From a virus, in IMG/VR virus record IMGVR_UViG_3300042935_001795, positions 1 through 64,000 of that record: a stretch of 64,000 nucleotides of DNA. One strand, 5' to 3'. Positions 47,671 to 59,700 of this stretch are shown here, piece by piece. Within the stretch, counting starts at the first letter, position 1. Every line of letters begins with the position of its first letter. Below the pieces are notes generated by a model. The model did not search any database and was not told where the DNA came from. It worked only from the letters and a program-made list of their open reading frames with translations. The position numbers were made by a program, and so were the translations under genes.

Positions 47671-49745
47671 TATATGATGTTTACGTTTCCGTAGTAAAGC
47701 AGTGACTCAGTACTTCCGTTTTTAATATTAATATAAAATTTGTCTGCAAATTGATTTGTATCGCTTTGGTCAAATCGTACTGCTACACTTTTTGGAACTT
47801 TAAAGAAAACTTCTCCAACTCCTAAATCGACTCCTGGAAAACTAGGATCGTGGGATATTTGTTGTTCAATAGTTCCACTCTTAATAATAAGTATCAAATC
47901 CTCAGCATTAACTAGACTTATACTCTTCATAGAGTCTCCATCAGGTTGGGCAACTTTAAATTTAATATAATTATCAGAAACCTTTGAAAGATTAATAATC
48001 CCATCTCCTTCTTTTTTATAATCCATTGAAGTTGTATCATTTACTGCAGCGCCATCCACCGTTACTTGAGTACTGCCTCCCATAATTCTATAAGTATCAA
48101 GGGCGACAGGAACGTATTTAGTTTCTCCAACGCTAGGTCTTATAGAATTTACAAATTGATTAAGTTCTCTATTAACACTAGTATTTGGTAAGGTATTATA
48201 GACCACACTTGGAGCAAAATTAGAATTAAGGGCCAATTTTAATAATTTCTTACCATATTTTTTAGGTTGTGCATATATTAAAGAAGCCGTCTTTACTATT
48301 TGAGTATTATCGGTTTCATTGTAAATTCTCATATTGACGGATAATAAGAAGTTACTTGACACTGAAGAGTTTAAAATAACTGGTCGGAATACAATAGCTT
48401 CATCATAATTCGAAGTCTGTGTAAAAGTATTATTAAACGTATTAATATAATTAAGACCTAATTGTTCTGCGACTTGAACTTCGTAAAATATGGTAATGTC
48501 ATCTCCGGAAGTTGCAATTCTTCCAGTTATATAATTTTCAAATGCTGGTTGATTCCCATTATAAGTCCCATAGATTTTAAAATAATCTCCATCCGTAGCA
48601 TGTTCAACATTAATTGAAATATCTGTATATTCATCTTCTTGCGCTAATATTAATGATTTTCCTTCAGCAACATTAATATAATCATAACCTCCAAGATTAA
48701 CTTTGCTATCAATTAATTTAAAATCAAACTCATAATTTGCAGTTGTTGGAATAGAATTTGTTCCAGATGCTCCAAAGAAGGTGTTTTTAAATAATTGATT
48801 TTTACTTGTACCGGCTGGAAACATTTCAACTAATGAAGGAACCTTTATTTCAATATATTTAGAATATGAAGACTCTCCTAATATAAATGGATTTGGGTTT
48901 TGAATTTCAAAATTTGAAGTGTTTAAATAAACAGTTGAATTAAAATAATTATAAACTCCAGAGTTTCTTTTAACTTTAGTTTGGAATAAGAATCCATCGT
49001 AACCTCTACCACTAAAAGAGTACCCTGTTCTTAAGTGTAATCTAATAGTGTCATACAAAACTGCCGGAACAACCGCATCATCTACTATTTGCAAATTAGA
49101 ATCAGATCCTAACCATTCGGCAGAATCTAAATAGTCCAATCCATTTCCAAGAAGTGCCCATGTACTTGCTTCATCTGTTGGAACTGCATAGTATCTACCA
49201 GACTGTCCTGCTCCGGTTCTAATATCATTTCCAGTGTCTGCTAATGGAACTGAAAATAAGGAACTTGCACGATTTGAAACTTGAATTTCACCTCCAGTAA
49301 ATTGGGTTCCTGCTAGATTAGTATATTCATATGCATATTTTCCATTAGTAGTTGGCGTATAAATGTAAGTATACGTTGATCCTGATTGTGATAAATATCC
49401 ATTTCCTCCAGGAATAGTAAATCCTGATTTTTTATTAATACTAACATCACTTAAATCAAATTTATAAGTACTTCCATTTTTTAACAATAACATACGAGAT
49501 GCAAAATTATTAATAACAACATATCCATTCGATGTTGTTACTGTAAACTCTACAACATCTGCACCCAGTTCATGTATTAAAAATCTTGACGCACTTGTAT
49601 TACCATCTACTGTATCTAAATACTTGATTTGACTCCCATTATTATCGTTCTCAATTTTGACCAAATCAGGTGTCGATTGGTCATGATACATGAATTCTAA
49701 TAATACGTCGTCGTCTAATTTAACGAACCTTGATGATTTTGCCAT
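47670..49745 (-). CDS. Putative structural protein
   Basis: 691 aa, beta-rich, in the tail gene block. Confidence 0.6.
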   Translation of the reverse strand: MAKSSRFVKLDDDVLLEFMYHDQSTPDLVKIENDNNGSQIKYLDTVDGNTSASRFLIHELGADVVEFTVTTSNGYVVINNFASRMLLLKNGSTYKFDLSDVSINKKSGFTIPGGNGYLSQSGSTYTYIYTPTTNGKYAYEYTNLAGTQFTGGEIQVSNRASSLFSVPLADTGNDIRTGAGQSGRYYAVPTDEASTWALLGNGLDYLDSAEWLGSDSNLQIVDDAVVPAVLYDTIRLHLRTGYSFSGRGYDGFLFQTKVKRNSGVYNYFNSTVYLNTSNFEIQNPNPFILGESSYSKYIEIKVPSLVEMFPAGTSKNQLFKNTFFGASGTNSIPTTANYEFDFKLIDSKVNLGGYDYINVAEGKSLILAQEDEYTDISINVEHATDGDYFKIYGTYNGNQPAFENYITGRIATSGDDITIFYEVQVAEQLGLNYINTFNNTFTQTSNYDEAIVFRPVILNSSVSSNFLLSVNMRIYNETDNTQIVKTASLIYAQPKKYGKKLLKLALNSNFAPSVVYNTLPNTSVNRELNQFVNSIRPSVGETKYVPVALDTYRIMGGSTQVTVDGAAVNDTTSMDYKKEGDGIINLSKVSDNYIKFKVAQPDGDSMKSISLVNAEDLILIIKSGTIEQQISHDPSFPGVDLGVGEVFFKVPKSVAVRFDQSDTNQFADKFYINIKNGSTESLLYYGNVNII

Positions 49746-49759
49746 TACTCTATAATTTT

Positions 49760-50575
49760 TTAAAACCTAAGCCATTTTGGAGACCATATAAGTCCTACAT
49801 TTAATGAAGGTCCGATACTAACCACTTGATTATTGTTTAGGTTAATTCCATATCCAACTCCAACTCCGAGTGACCAACCTGATTTTTTCTCAAGTTTTTG
49901 GTTTAATTTGTCGTTAACTAAATTAATATTTTCAATATTAGTAAATAATACTCCAGGAGACGGTGATGTGATTTTTAATTTGTTAACACCTTCTTCGTTT
50001 ATAATTGCAGCCTTAAGTTCAATTCCCTGCTCAAAGTTAAATTTATTTGAAAGAACTGAGATATTATTAGTCTTTTTATTTCTTAAAAGGTCAACAGTTC
50101 CATTAAACTTACTCCAATTATATTTATCCCATTTTTTTTCATTACTAATCGATATTGTCGCAGTTGAATCACTTGTTTGAACAACTGAACTTTGGGCATT
50201 AATAATAGAATCTTTTACTTTAATTTCGGCTCTTAGTAGAGAATTTACTCCTTTAAGGTCTTTATTAAGACCCAAAGATTTTTGATACTTTCCAATAACC
50301 TCCTTATTTTCGGCAGTTAGAGTATTAATATCAAACTCATAGCCTAGTTTGATTGCAACTAGTTCGCCATTCTTATTTCTTTCAAATTTAATGGTATCTT
50401 GAGACGCTTTAAGATTATTATAATTTCGGGTTGCAACCTTTTGTGCATTTTCAGCGTCCTGTGTAAGAGTTGAATTTCGATCGCATTGATATGTTAATAA
50501 TAAAACAAGAACTATTAGGACTATAAATTGTATAGTGTTCTTATTTGTCGGAATGTATTTTTTAAAGTCTATCAT
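49760..50575 (-). CDS. Membrane-anchored coiled-coil protein with C-terminal amphipathic beta-hairpin (spanin candidate); start likely MIDFKK at 50575
   Basis: Hydrophobic IQFIVLIVLVLLLTYQC; coiled coil; WSLGVGVGYG...SLNVGLIWSPKWLRF. Confidence 0.55.
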   Translation of the reverse strand: MIDFKKYIPTNKNTIQFIVLIVLVLLLTYQCDRNSTLTQDAENAQKVATRNYNNLKASQDTIKFERNKNGELVAIKLGYEFDINTLTAENKEVIGKYQKSLGLNKDLKGVNSLLRAEIKVKDSIINAQSSVVQTSDSTATISISNEKKWDKYNWSKFNGTVDLLRNKKTNNISVLSNKFNFEQGIELKAAIINEEGVNKLKITSPSPGVLFTNIENINLVNDKLNQKLEKKSGWSLGVGVGYGINLNNNQVVSIGPSLNVGLIWSPKWLRF

Positions 50576-50595
50576 ATTAGTTATTGTATTTATTA

Positions 50596-53004
50596 TTAAT
50601 TCCAGACTATAGCAGGATCGCCAGACCAAGGCATTCCTCCCCTGAGGTTATCTCCACCCGGTAAAGGAGTTTGCACTATATACTGTAAATATACGTAATG
50701 TCGGCTATCATTTGTTGGCTGCCTAGAAAAAGTACCGGTAACACTAGTACGATCTTGTAACGCAATTCTATTGCTATCATGGGAACTATAAGAAGTACTA
50801 GGATTCGCAATAGAGTTAACGACTAAATTAAAAGCAGGCAGACTACCAGGCAGACTCTGAAATTGTCCAGTAACTACTGCATTGGTTCCACTATAGTAAT
50901 TTTTACTCTGTAAAATATGAACTATTATTTCAACGGGAAATCCTGTCCAATTTTCTACTGTAAGGGTTTTAGATACTAATCCGGTGCCACTAGTATGATC
51001 AATTTCAGTTTCTCCATCAGAAACATAAGAAATAAGCGGACTATATGAAAAATCATTAACATTTATAGCATATGGAATTGTTGTTCCCGCTGAAGTAGTT
51101 AATGGAAGTCCAGATAACTTAACAGTCATCGTTATTGCCGTAGCAAAATCGGTTACTGTAACTCCTTGATTTGATAAAACTGAATTCAAAATAGTTATAG
51201 TTCCTCCTCCCGCAGGCGGCTGAATTATTCCACCTATTGGATTATTTGTTTGAATCCAATAATATGGAGTTGTTTTATATACTAATTGAAACGTAGCCCC
51301 CGTATAGAAATTATAGGATACAACCGTTGATTCCGGAGTAACACAGGTTATATGAGTACTATTTGTTCTATTAAGTGTTATATTCACAGCAGCCTCAAGT
51401 ATAAAATTAGACGTATCAATATTTAAAGTTAGCGCTGTTGCATTAGCCGGATGTGAAGTTACATTAAAAGATATAGTAATTGTAGTTGGATATAATCCTG
51501 AAGCTACAGTTATACCTGTAATTTGAATTCCACTTATTAATCCAGTAATATCAGCCGCTGTTGGAATTGGTGTTTTCCAATAATATCCAAGAGGGGCAGT
51601 AACGGTTGCCGTAAATGTATAAGATTCTCCTGCACCTTTGTTAGTTACACTGAATAAAGGGTAGGGGTCTGGTATTAATTTAGGTGCATCAGCCTTTGTG
51701 TCATTTAATACAATTGTTAACGGCACTGGAGTAGACTGTCCTTCTCCTCTATCAAACCAATATAAATCATTTCTACCCAAATAAATAATTTGAGGGATTT
51801 GTTTAATTCTAAAAGTTCCATTTGTAGTTCCAAGTCCTATGTATGTTAAGTCGTTGTCAACTGTAGATGTAACATTATATGTGGTTGCTGAAACCGAAGT
51901 CGCATTCATATTTATACGTGAACCTCCAGTAATATGAGCTCTTTGTTTATTTGTTTCAACCGAACCCTGTCCAATTGGACTAGTTGAAAATGTATTATCA
52001 GCTATCTTGTAGTTAAACCTACCTAACATAGGAATTGTATAAACATCGACCCCATCCGTCCAATCCTGTCCATTACAAAGGTACCATCCTTCATAACTTC
52101 CTACTCCTTTGCCGACAGATATCGGTAATACGCTTGTGTCGCCAAGGGATAATATAGTTTCAGAATATTTAAACTTAGTGTTATCCGCAAATATAGAAGG
52201 TAATATCGAAACCATCGTACCTATAGGAACAGTTCCTCCAATTTCTCGTATACTTTTAAATTTAACAAGACCCTCATAATTGCTAGAAGTAGCAAGTCCA
52301 TTAAAAGTTGCGCCTGCATTTTCAATAACTAAATCACTTTTAATAATAACAGGAGAATTAAATTCTGTGTTTTGTTTAAAGAATATTCCGCTTGGATTAA
52401 TTAATAAATTATCTGGGGATAGAATAGAACTACGAAAACTAGTACCTGCTGCAGTATATGAGCTTATAGAGTTTTGAAGATCAAGATTAAAAAATCCCAT
52501 TGTCATTTGATCTTTACCCGCTAATCTTTCTAATTTAAAATCATATACCTTTCCAGCAATACCATCATTTAAAAATCTTAGATTAGAAATAGAATATTGT
52601 TTTCTATGGATATTCCATTGATATGGCGTTTTTCCTCCAACCAAATCAAATTTTGTTCCATATTCCGGATCATTTTCAATATATCCAATATTTATGACCG
52701 GGGCAAACTGATTACCTGGAGTATGCATAGGTATTAAAGTGTCTGCACTAATAGGTCCTGGCGCAATTCTTTTCCAAAGGTTAACAGAAATAGGACCTTC
52801 AAACCCTTTAGTTCCCGTTGGTCCAGTAGGTCCTTGGAATCCTTTTTGCCCGGTATTACCTTGAGCACCTCTTTGTCCAATATCGCCTTGAGGACCTCTA
52901 GGACCTCCTCCAGTTGCGACTAACTGATCAAAATTATAATTGACATTGTCAAGTTTAATAGTATCAGAATCTAAAGTGTTTATTTGTTTAAGACTAATTG
53001 GCAT
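50596..53004 (-). CDS. Tail fibre/collar-domain protein with short collagen segment (paralog 3)
   Basis: NYNFDQL, G-X-Y run, PIGTMVSI, GWYLCNG, PQIIYLG. Confidence 0.75.
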   Translation of the reverse strand: MPISLKQINTLDSDTIKLDNVNYNFDQLVATGGGPRGPQGDIGQRGAQGNTGQKGFQGPTGPTGTKGFEGPISVNLWKRIAPGPISADTLIPMHTPGNQFAPVINIGYIENDPEYGTKFDLVGGKTPYQWNIHRKQYSISNLRFLNDGIAGKVYDFKLERLAGKDQMTMGFFNLDLQNSISSYTAAGTSFRSSILSPDNLLINPSGIFFKQNTEFNSPVIIKSDLVIENAGATFNGLATSSNYEGLVKFKSIREIGGTVPIGTMVSILPSIFADNTKFKYSETILSLGDTSVLPISVGKGVGSYEGWYLCNGQDWTDGVDVYTIPMLGRFNYKIADNTFSTSPIGQGSVETNKQRAHITGGSRINMNATSVSATTYNVTSTVDNDLTYIGLGTTNGTFRIKQIPQIIYLGRNDLYWFDRGEGQSTPVPLTIVLNDTKADAPKLIPDPYPLFSVTNKGAGESYTFTATVTAPLGYYWKTPIPTAADITGLISGIQITGITVASGLYPTTITISFNVTSHPANATALTLNIDTSNFILEAAVNITLNRTNSTHITCVTPESTVVSYNFYTGATFQLVYKTTPYYWIQTNNPIGGIIQPPAGGGTITILNSVLSNQGVTVTDFATAITMTVKLSGLPLTTSAGTTIPYAINVNDFSYSPLISYVSDGETEIDHTSGTGLVSKTLTVENWTGFPVEIIVHILQSKNYYSGTNAVVTGQFQSLPGSLPAFNLVVNSIANPSTSYSSHDSNRIALQDRTSVTGTFSRQPTNDSRHYVYLQYIVQTPLPGGDNLRGGMPWSGDPAIVWN

Positions 53005-53052
53005 ACCTATCTATATTTAGATTATATATTCTAATTTTTAGAGAGTATACTA

Positions 53053-53688
53053 TTAAATTTTTTGAATAAACAGGGTAACCATATAAGGCTGTAGGTTGTT
53101 GTGCGCATTTCCGCCTCCAGTGTCTGAAGTTCTATAGATTTGACCACCACCACTATTACGCGAATTCGCATCATAGGGAAAACTCGAAACAGTTCTATTA
53201 GTCCAACCTCCGTAACCATTTCCTCCGGAAATCCAATCATCTCCTGGAAATAAGTGATTGTGCGTTGGCATTTGAGCAATAGTTATAGCCTCTCCATTAT
53301 TACCCGAAAAGACTGGTTGACCATTAAGTTTTATATATAGTTGTCGAATGTCCCATCCATTTTGATCAAAGGCTGCCACATTACCCCATGCCAATGGAAC
53401 TCTACCGGTTCGGTTCATTGTATTATTTAATCCATTGCAAATTGCCCAGCCATCTCTATCACCTCCCGGAAGTCCGCGACCTTGCGTTGGACCTGACGTC
53501 TCGAAATTTGCAGTAATATATTCATTAGTGCAATCAATCATTTTTAAGTCTCCGACTAACCATTGATCTTTTGCAAAATTTAAAATAGCAGTTTCAACCG
53601 TTCTATGATTTGCCGCGGTTATTTGCTGGGATGGAGTTGGAGTTAATAGATTGGATATTAATGTTATTACATCGTTAAATTTTACCAT
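53053..53688 (-). CDS. Tail collar-domain/short fibre-like protein
   Basis: GWAICNG, TIAQMPTHNH, TGGGNAHNNLQPY. Confidence 0.8.
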   Translation of the reverse strand: MVKFNDVITLISNLLTPTPSQQITAANHRTVETAILNFAKDQWLVGDLKMIDCTNEYITANFETSGPTQGRGLPGGDRDGWAICNGLNNTMNRTGRVPLAWGNVAAFDQNGWDIRQLYIKLNGQPVFSGNNGEAITIAQMPTHNHLFPGDDWISGGNGYGGWTNRTVSSFPYDANSRNSGGGQIYRTSDTGGGNAHNNLQPYMVTLFIQKI

Positions 53689-53721
53689 TTTTATTATTTT
53701 TATTTTTATTTTTATTTTTTA

Positions 53722-55107
53722 TTAATACACATTATACTCAGTTGTTACATAGTCTGCATTATTATAATCACCTGTTGCTGTTTGACCAGTTCCTAGCTGT
53801 GACCACCATAAATTCCTAGTCCTTAAATAAATAATTTGAGGTAACTTTTTAATTCTAAATTGTCCACCTGCTGGATTTATTACTATTATCGGATCAGTAG
53901 ACTGATTAGCTATATTAATATTATAATTAGCAGCGGTTGCACCAACAGGTATGCTAGCGTTAACAAAATGTGCTGCACCTCCAATTAATTGAATGTCGTC
54001 ATTGAGTGCACCTATATATCCTTGACTATTAGGATCTTCGGTTATCGGGTTAGCCAATATTTGATATGAAAATGAATTAAGATCGGGAACCAACGTTGTT
54101 CCTGCTACAGTGTTATCGGTCCATTGTTGTCCATTACAAACATACCAACCATCATAATCTCCAATTCCAGCTCCTATTCTTATTTTTAACGGGTTATTTG
54201 GATCTAGATTTGTATCTATAAATTGATAATTAATAAATTTAGATGAGTCACTAAATATTGAAGGCAATATAGAAATAATAGTACCTATTTTAACATCACC
54301 TCCGAGTTCATCAGTTGTTTTAAAAGTTACATCTCCGGCTGTATTAATTGTAGTTAATATTTTATTTACCCCAGGATTAGCGTTTTCAATACTTAATGGG
54401 GCATTAAATTTAACTTGCTTTTCAAAAATTGTATTACTATATGTATTTCCGGAAGTAGTTGAAATATCAAAAAGTTCTGAGTCATTAGAGTCTATAACAA
54501 TATGTTTTTCTGCTTTTAGATTTAATTGTGAATTTAGATTATCAGTAAAACCTAGATATAGTCGGTACTCATCAGTTACCGAATTATCCATGGTAATATC
54601 AAACGAATTAGTAAGAATACCACTACTTGTAAATCTTAAATTCGAGGCAACTTTAGCACTTCTTCGGTTAACAACCCATTGATATTTTGGTAAATTGGTA
54701 CTATTTGATTGTTGTTGTATATATCCATTGTCTGCTCCTTGTCCGTTTATATTTGGTCCTATATAACCAGCCGCAATAACAGCACCAAAAGTAGGAGTTG
54801 TTCCTGAAATAGGATGTCTTGCAAATAAAGTCGACATAATATTCGATGAATCTGTAAAATTTTGAGGAATAGAGTTCCAGTATGATTCAACAACGACCGC
54901 ATCAATTCCTTGAGCTCCTCGTAATCCTTGAAATCCTTGAGTACCTTGAGCTCCTCGAAATCCTTGATATCCTGTGTTTCCATCGGGTCCTACATAGCCT
55001 TTAGGACCTCCACTATTGGCAATTAACTGATCAAAATTATAGTTAATTTTGTCAAGCTTAATATTGTCAGTATCAAGTGTCCGTATCTGTTTTAGGTTAA
55101 TTATCAT
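53722..55107 (-). CDS. Tail fibre/collar-domain protein (paralog 2)
   Basis: NYNFDQL, collagen segment, IGTIISI, GWYVCNG, PQIIYL. Confidence 0.75.
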   Translation of the reverse strand: MIINLKQIRTLDTDNIKLDKINYNFDQLIANSGGPKGYVGPDGNTGYQGFRGAQGTQGFQGLRGAQGIDAVVVESYWNSIPQNFTDSSNIMSTLFARHPISGTTPTFGAVIAAGYIGPNINGQGADNGYIQQQSNSTNLPKYQWVVNRRSAKVASNLRFTSSGILTNSFDITMDNSVTDEYRLYLGFTDNLNSQLNLKAEKHIVIDSNDSELFDISTTSGNTYSNTIFEKQVKFNAPLSIENANPGVNKILTTINTAGDVTFKTTDELGGDVKIGTIISILPSIFSDSSKFINYQFIDTNLDPNNPLKIRIGAGIGDYDGWYVCNGQQWTDNTVAGTTLVPDLNSFSYQILANPITEDPNSQGYIGALNDDIQLIGGAAHFVNASIPVGATAANYNINIANQSTDPIIVINPAGGQFRIKKLPQIIYLRTRNLWWSQLGTGQTATGDYNNADYVTTEYNVY

Positions 55108-55133
55108 CTAGACTATATATATTATTTTAATTA

Positions 55134-56750
55134 TTAAACACATCTAATTCCTCTTTGAGTAAAATTACCAGCAAAAGAATTCCAATATATTGGATATCCA
55201 TCGACATTTGCATACCATCCAGATGGAGCATACGTTGTAGTTCCAAGATTAAACAATTTATATGTTGTTGATGGAACTGTAAAGGTATTCCACACTGCTG
55301 ACGTAAACTCATTCCAATCCTTTGGTTCGTTAACATTCAGACCACATACTAAGGTACTGTTAGAACTCGGTTGCGTTAAGAAAATAGTATAATTAGTATC
55401 TGGAGTTGTTAAAGTAGTTGACCATTTTAAATTTGGATTTCCTAAATAAACAATATGAATCATTCCGCTTATTCTATAGCCTTCGTTAGGTACATCCAAA
55501 GGCCCCATAGATATATCACTTTCTCCGGGAGATGTATCATTATTATAAAATTGACTTGTATATCCTATTGAATATACTCCAGTAGCGTTAGGTATCCCTG
55601 AAATGCGCATATCATATCCTCCAATTAATATAGGGTTTTTTGCAGGAAGCGTAACTAAATTTTGTACATCACCATTTGCACCTATAGTATAATTAAAGTT
55701 ATTTAGATTTGGAGTTAAAAATTTATTGTACCCTTCTACCGTTTCCCAAGTCTCTCCATTGCATAAATACCAGCCTTCAAAATCTGTACCAATCTTTCCT
55801 CTTCCATAAATATTATTTAATGGAGAACCAGTATCTACCGTTACCGAATCATTTAACCAAAAATGTTCAGTAACAAAAACGTCATTTTTAATTGAAATTA
55901 TAGAACCTATTGGAAATACACCAAAAACGTCTTTAATATCTTTCCATTCAACATTTCCACTCGTATCAGTCGATACAAGAATCCTATCTTGAATGGCTCC
56001 CGGTGTAAACATAAAATTAGTTGATGATTTTGTTGTTCCACCATTTACACTTAAATTAAACGCAGGACCGATAATTCCACCAGTATTAACAGTAATTAAA
56101 TCTTCAGTAATAATAATTGAATCTTTTAATACTGACGATATTCCATCAGAAGTACCTGTTCTAATCACTATGGTCTGTGCAGTATAAATAATTCTAAAAT
56201 TCGGACTAGTCAGGTTTGGAGTAATCTCAAATCTTGGATTAACGCCAGAATATCCAAGCCTAAAATTATAACCATCAAACCCACTGTTATCTTCAACTCT
56301 TAGATTAACCCAATCGTTATCTGCAACTTTTATAGATTGAATAGGTGAATCAATTGCCGGATCTACTCCGACGCCATATACTCCAGTATCACTAATTTTA
56401 TATCCAATTCTTAAAGCAACTGGAGCTAACTGAATTTCAGTTATAGGGTTTTTTCTAGTAAATAAATATCCTGGTAAACCTTCGGCTTCTGGGAAATAAT
56501 CCCACTCGTTTAAATTTCCTGCTCCTTGAAATCCTTGAAATCCTTGAGAACCCCTATATCCAACGTAACCTTGAGGTCCTACATGTCCAGCTCCGCCATC
56601 TACTCCGATATTTCCACGAGGTCCTGGTGCACCTCCATTTGAAAACTGATTAAAATTATAATTAATCTTATCAATTTTGCTTTTAGACCACCAGGCTCCA
56701 CTATTTGGATCAAGATCAGTTACAAAAAGTTCTTTTATTTTAATAGCCAT
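55134..56750 (-). CDS. Tail fibre/collar-domain protein (paralog 1)
   Basis: NYNFNQF, collagen segment, PIGSIISI, GWYLCNG, HIVYLG. Confidence 0.75.
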   Translation of the reverse strand: MAIKIKELFVTDLDPNSGAWWSKSKIDKINYNFNQFSNGGAPGPRGNIGVDGGAGHVGPQGYVGYRGSQGFQGFQGAGNLNEWDYFPEAEGLPGYLFTRKNPITEIQLAPVALRIGYKISDTGVYGVGVDPAIDSPIQSIKVADNDWVNLRVEDNSGFDGYNFRLGYSGVNPRFEITPNLTSPNFRIIYTAQTIVIRTGTSDGISSVLKDSIIITEDLITVNTGGIIGPAFNLSVNGGTTKSSTNFMFTPGAIQDRILVSTDTSGNVEWKDIKDVFGVFPIGSIISIKNDVFVTEHFWLNDSVTVDTGSPLNNIYGRGKIGTDFEGWYLCNGETWETVEGYNKFLTPNLNNFNYTIGANGDVQNLVTLPAKNPILIGGYDMRISGIPNATGVYSIGYTSQFYNNDTSPGESDISMGPLDVPNEGYRISGMIHIVYLGNPNLKWSTTLTTPDTNYTIFLTQPSSNSTLVCGLNVNEPKDWNEFTSAVWNTFTVPSTTYKLFNLGTTTYAPSGWYANVDGYPIYWNSFAGNFTQRGIRCV

Positions 56751-56753
56751 TCA

Positions 56754-59700
56754 TTATGCTTGTATTTTAATGTGTACTTTAAATTTATAAGAATACCCAT
56801 ATTTTTTATTATATATTAATCTAAAACTCAAACCATCATTTTGATAACTTTGAATGTTAAAATTAGTTAGCTCTACATAATTATCAGCAGTCAACTGCGA
56901 CGTTTGAGTAACAGAAACAAATTGAGTTTGACTAAGTTGATTAAATAATCCCTTACCTCTCTTACCTGGAATTCCATATATTTTAATCGAATCGATAATA
57001 AAACGAGGAGATATATTTGAATTTGAATATATTTGTAAATCATCTTTTATCGAAGATTTATCTCCATACGAATTTAAAGGGTTAACATATCTTCTAAAAT
57101 TATTTTCAATTCCATCTTCAATCAATTCATTTAATATTGCAGTTGATAAATAAAAATCTGCAATCACTTGAGATTCGTCTTCAATCCAATGAATAGATGC
57201 CTTATTAGACCTTACAAATCTTATTTTATCTAAACTTTTAATTGAAGCTTCTTTAATATTATCGAACTTAGTTATATCATAAGTATCTCTAACCTTCATG
57301 ACAGTTGATGTCATAAAAGTTTTCTTTTCTACTGGACTCAATGTTCCATTTGTTGTTTCAGATTCTCCAGCACTTAGCGCTCTTGTGAAATAATCTTTTG
57401 CATATTTAGATTTAAAAACATTAATATTTTTTTTGTCAATTGCAATTTCCCCAATCATTGGATACAATGGTAATTTATCGGTTGTTTGTGAAAGTTTTAA
57501 TATGTTTTTTGAGTCCTTTTCATTAACTTTATGATAAAAATAATTATTAATAAAACCATAATTGGTTGTATTTTCTTTAAAAGAATCAAAAGAGATTCCC
57601 TTCCCATTTAATTGGTCGTATACTATAGTACTAGGATTTGGTGGTATATTTCCAAAACCTATCTTAAAATAAGGATCGATTTCCGAAAAAGTTATAATAT
57701 TGTTAAAAATAGGATTATAATCACCATTCATTCTTCTCAAAATAGTTGCGTATCCTCCATCCTCTCTATCTTCTATAATATTGCCAATTTGACTTGAAGA
57801 CAATCTATATGCCTTTGGTCTTTCTGGATCTGCTGCGGGTTGAACAATAGAAGGGTTAACAACATCCACTCCTGATTCTATTGAAAGAACAAAATCATTA
57901 TCAATTCTTGTTCCATCTTCGGTGATTGTAATATAATTTATTTGTTCAAAGGAATTAAATCTTTTAGAATATCTATATGCACTAATTGAATCTAATAAAT
58001 TAGCAAATTCATTTTCACCTCCGCGCGAATATCTAAATGGCCCGATTAAAGGCACTAGTGACATAAGCTGTGGATTTAGTCGTGATAGATTTCCATCGTC
58101 CTCATTTAAAATCGGTACAGCTAAATTTATATCAAATTTCCATGGATGTCCACTTACTAATATTGAAGTGTCATCAATAACATCAACAACTTTTATGGCA
58201 TATGCTACACCTGACACGCTAAAATATATCCACGAGTATTCTCCGGAAGAATTTCTTTTAACAAAATCAGTAAATTTTGCGGTTCCATCTTGAATCGATA
58301 TATCTGAAGCCTTAATAATAAAAGGAACATCCGGCTGCGAATCTTCATCCGGAGCAGATCCAGCAAAATCAATACGAAATGGAATCCTAGTGTCTATAAT
58401 ATCTCCAGCTAATGTCAAATCAGTTAATGTGTATAATAAATATCTATTTAATTCATCTTCTGCTATATCGTTTTCAATAACGTTTAATTGTATGTTAACA
58501 CAAATAAATTTAAACTTGTCATTTTTAACACAATTAAAAACAATTGAATTAGATGGAATAGTCCCATTACCAAGATCAGGTACTATATTATAAGAAAGAT
58601 ACGCTCCAAACTTATAATCACTAATATCAATACCATTTAAAAATTCTGTTGGAATGTCACTAGTAATTTCTTTTCTTTTTTGGTAAACATATCGAAGACC
58701 TCTAAAAACTGTCGATGAATTTTTTTCAAAATTACCTATATCAAACTTAGACCATAACCTTTTGTACGCATTATTAAACCATGTTTGTAAAAGGTCGCTT
58801 GAATCATAATATCCAGTCCAATTGAAATGCTTATCAAAATAATTAAAAGTTGTACTTTCTAATTTGAGAAGATTTAATCCACCGTCATTTGCAAAATCTA
58901 AATAATTATTTAAGTCTTTTCTATCGCCTAATATATTAGTTGGAATCCTATTTAGATGAAAATGTTCCATATTTAAGTATTCGACATTTCTTTTTGAATC
59001 TATTTCTATATTTGGGGATAAATTGTCATCTCCAAATGCTTCATTAACGTTTAAAACATAAGGTAAATTTCTAGCATTTAAAGCATCTTTAAGCTCATAT
59101 TTACAAATAGTAGGAACCATTCTACTTAAAAGAGCAGTTTCTTTAAGACTATTTTCTTTAAGTCTATCATACTCGCTCAAAAGCACACTTTTCGTAACTG
59201 TTTTCGAAGTTTCAGAAGATAAAATATCTCTAAGACCAGAATAGAACGTTATATCACCGACTGTGCCGGTTCCTGTTAATAATTTAGGCACATCAGGAGT
59301 GTCAATTGGATTTTTATATGCCGGATTTGGATATGTATATTTATCATAAACCAAGTCTCCTAGGTCTGAGTTTCTTGTTGAGTAAAAATCAAAATCAAAA
59401 TCTTTAAAATCGTATGCTGCAAATTTACCATGAACCGTTTTATATTCATCATAAACTTCATATACTCTATCATTTGAAAGTTTTGTAGAATTATTTAAAA
59501 TAACTCTATAATAATCCGGATCAAATGGGTCTTGGTTAACTTCTATAATTCTAACAAATTTATCAGAATCTTTTTGTTTTAAATATTCTCCAACTTGAAC
59601 ATTTCCAATTTCTGAAGACTTCACAAGAACTGACTGTCCTTCATTTGCTCCGGCTATAGTGGTCCATATATTCCAATTATTTGGATTTACAATATTAGTT

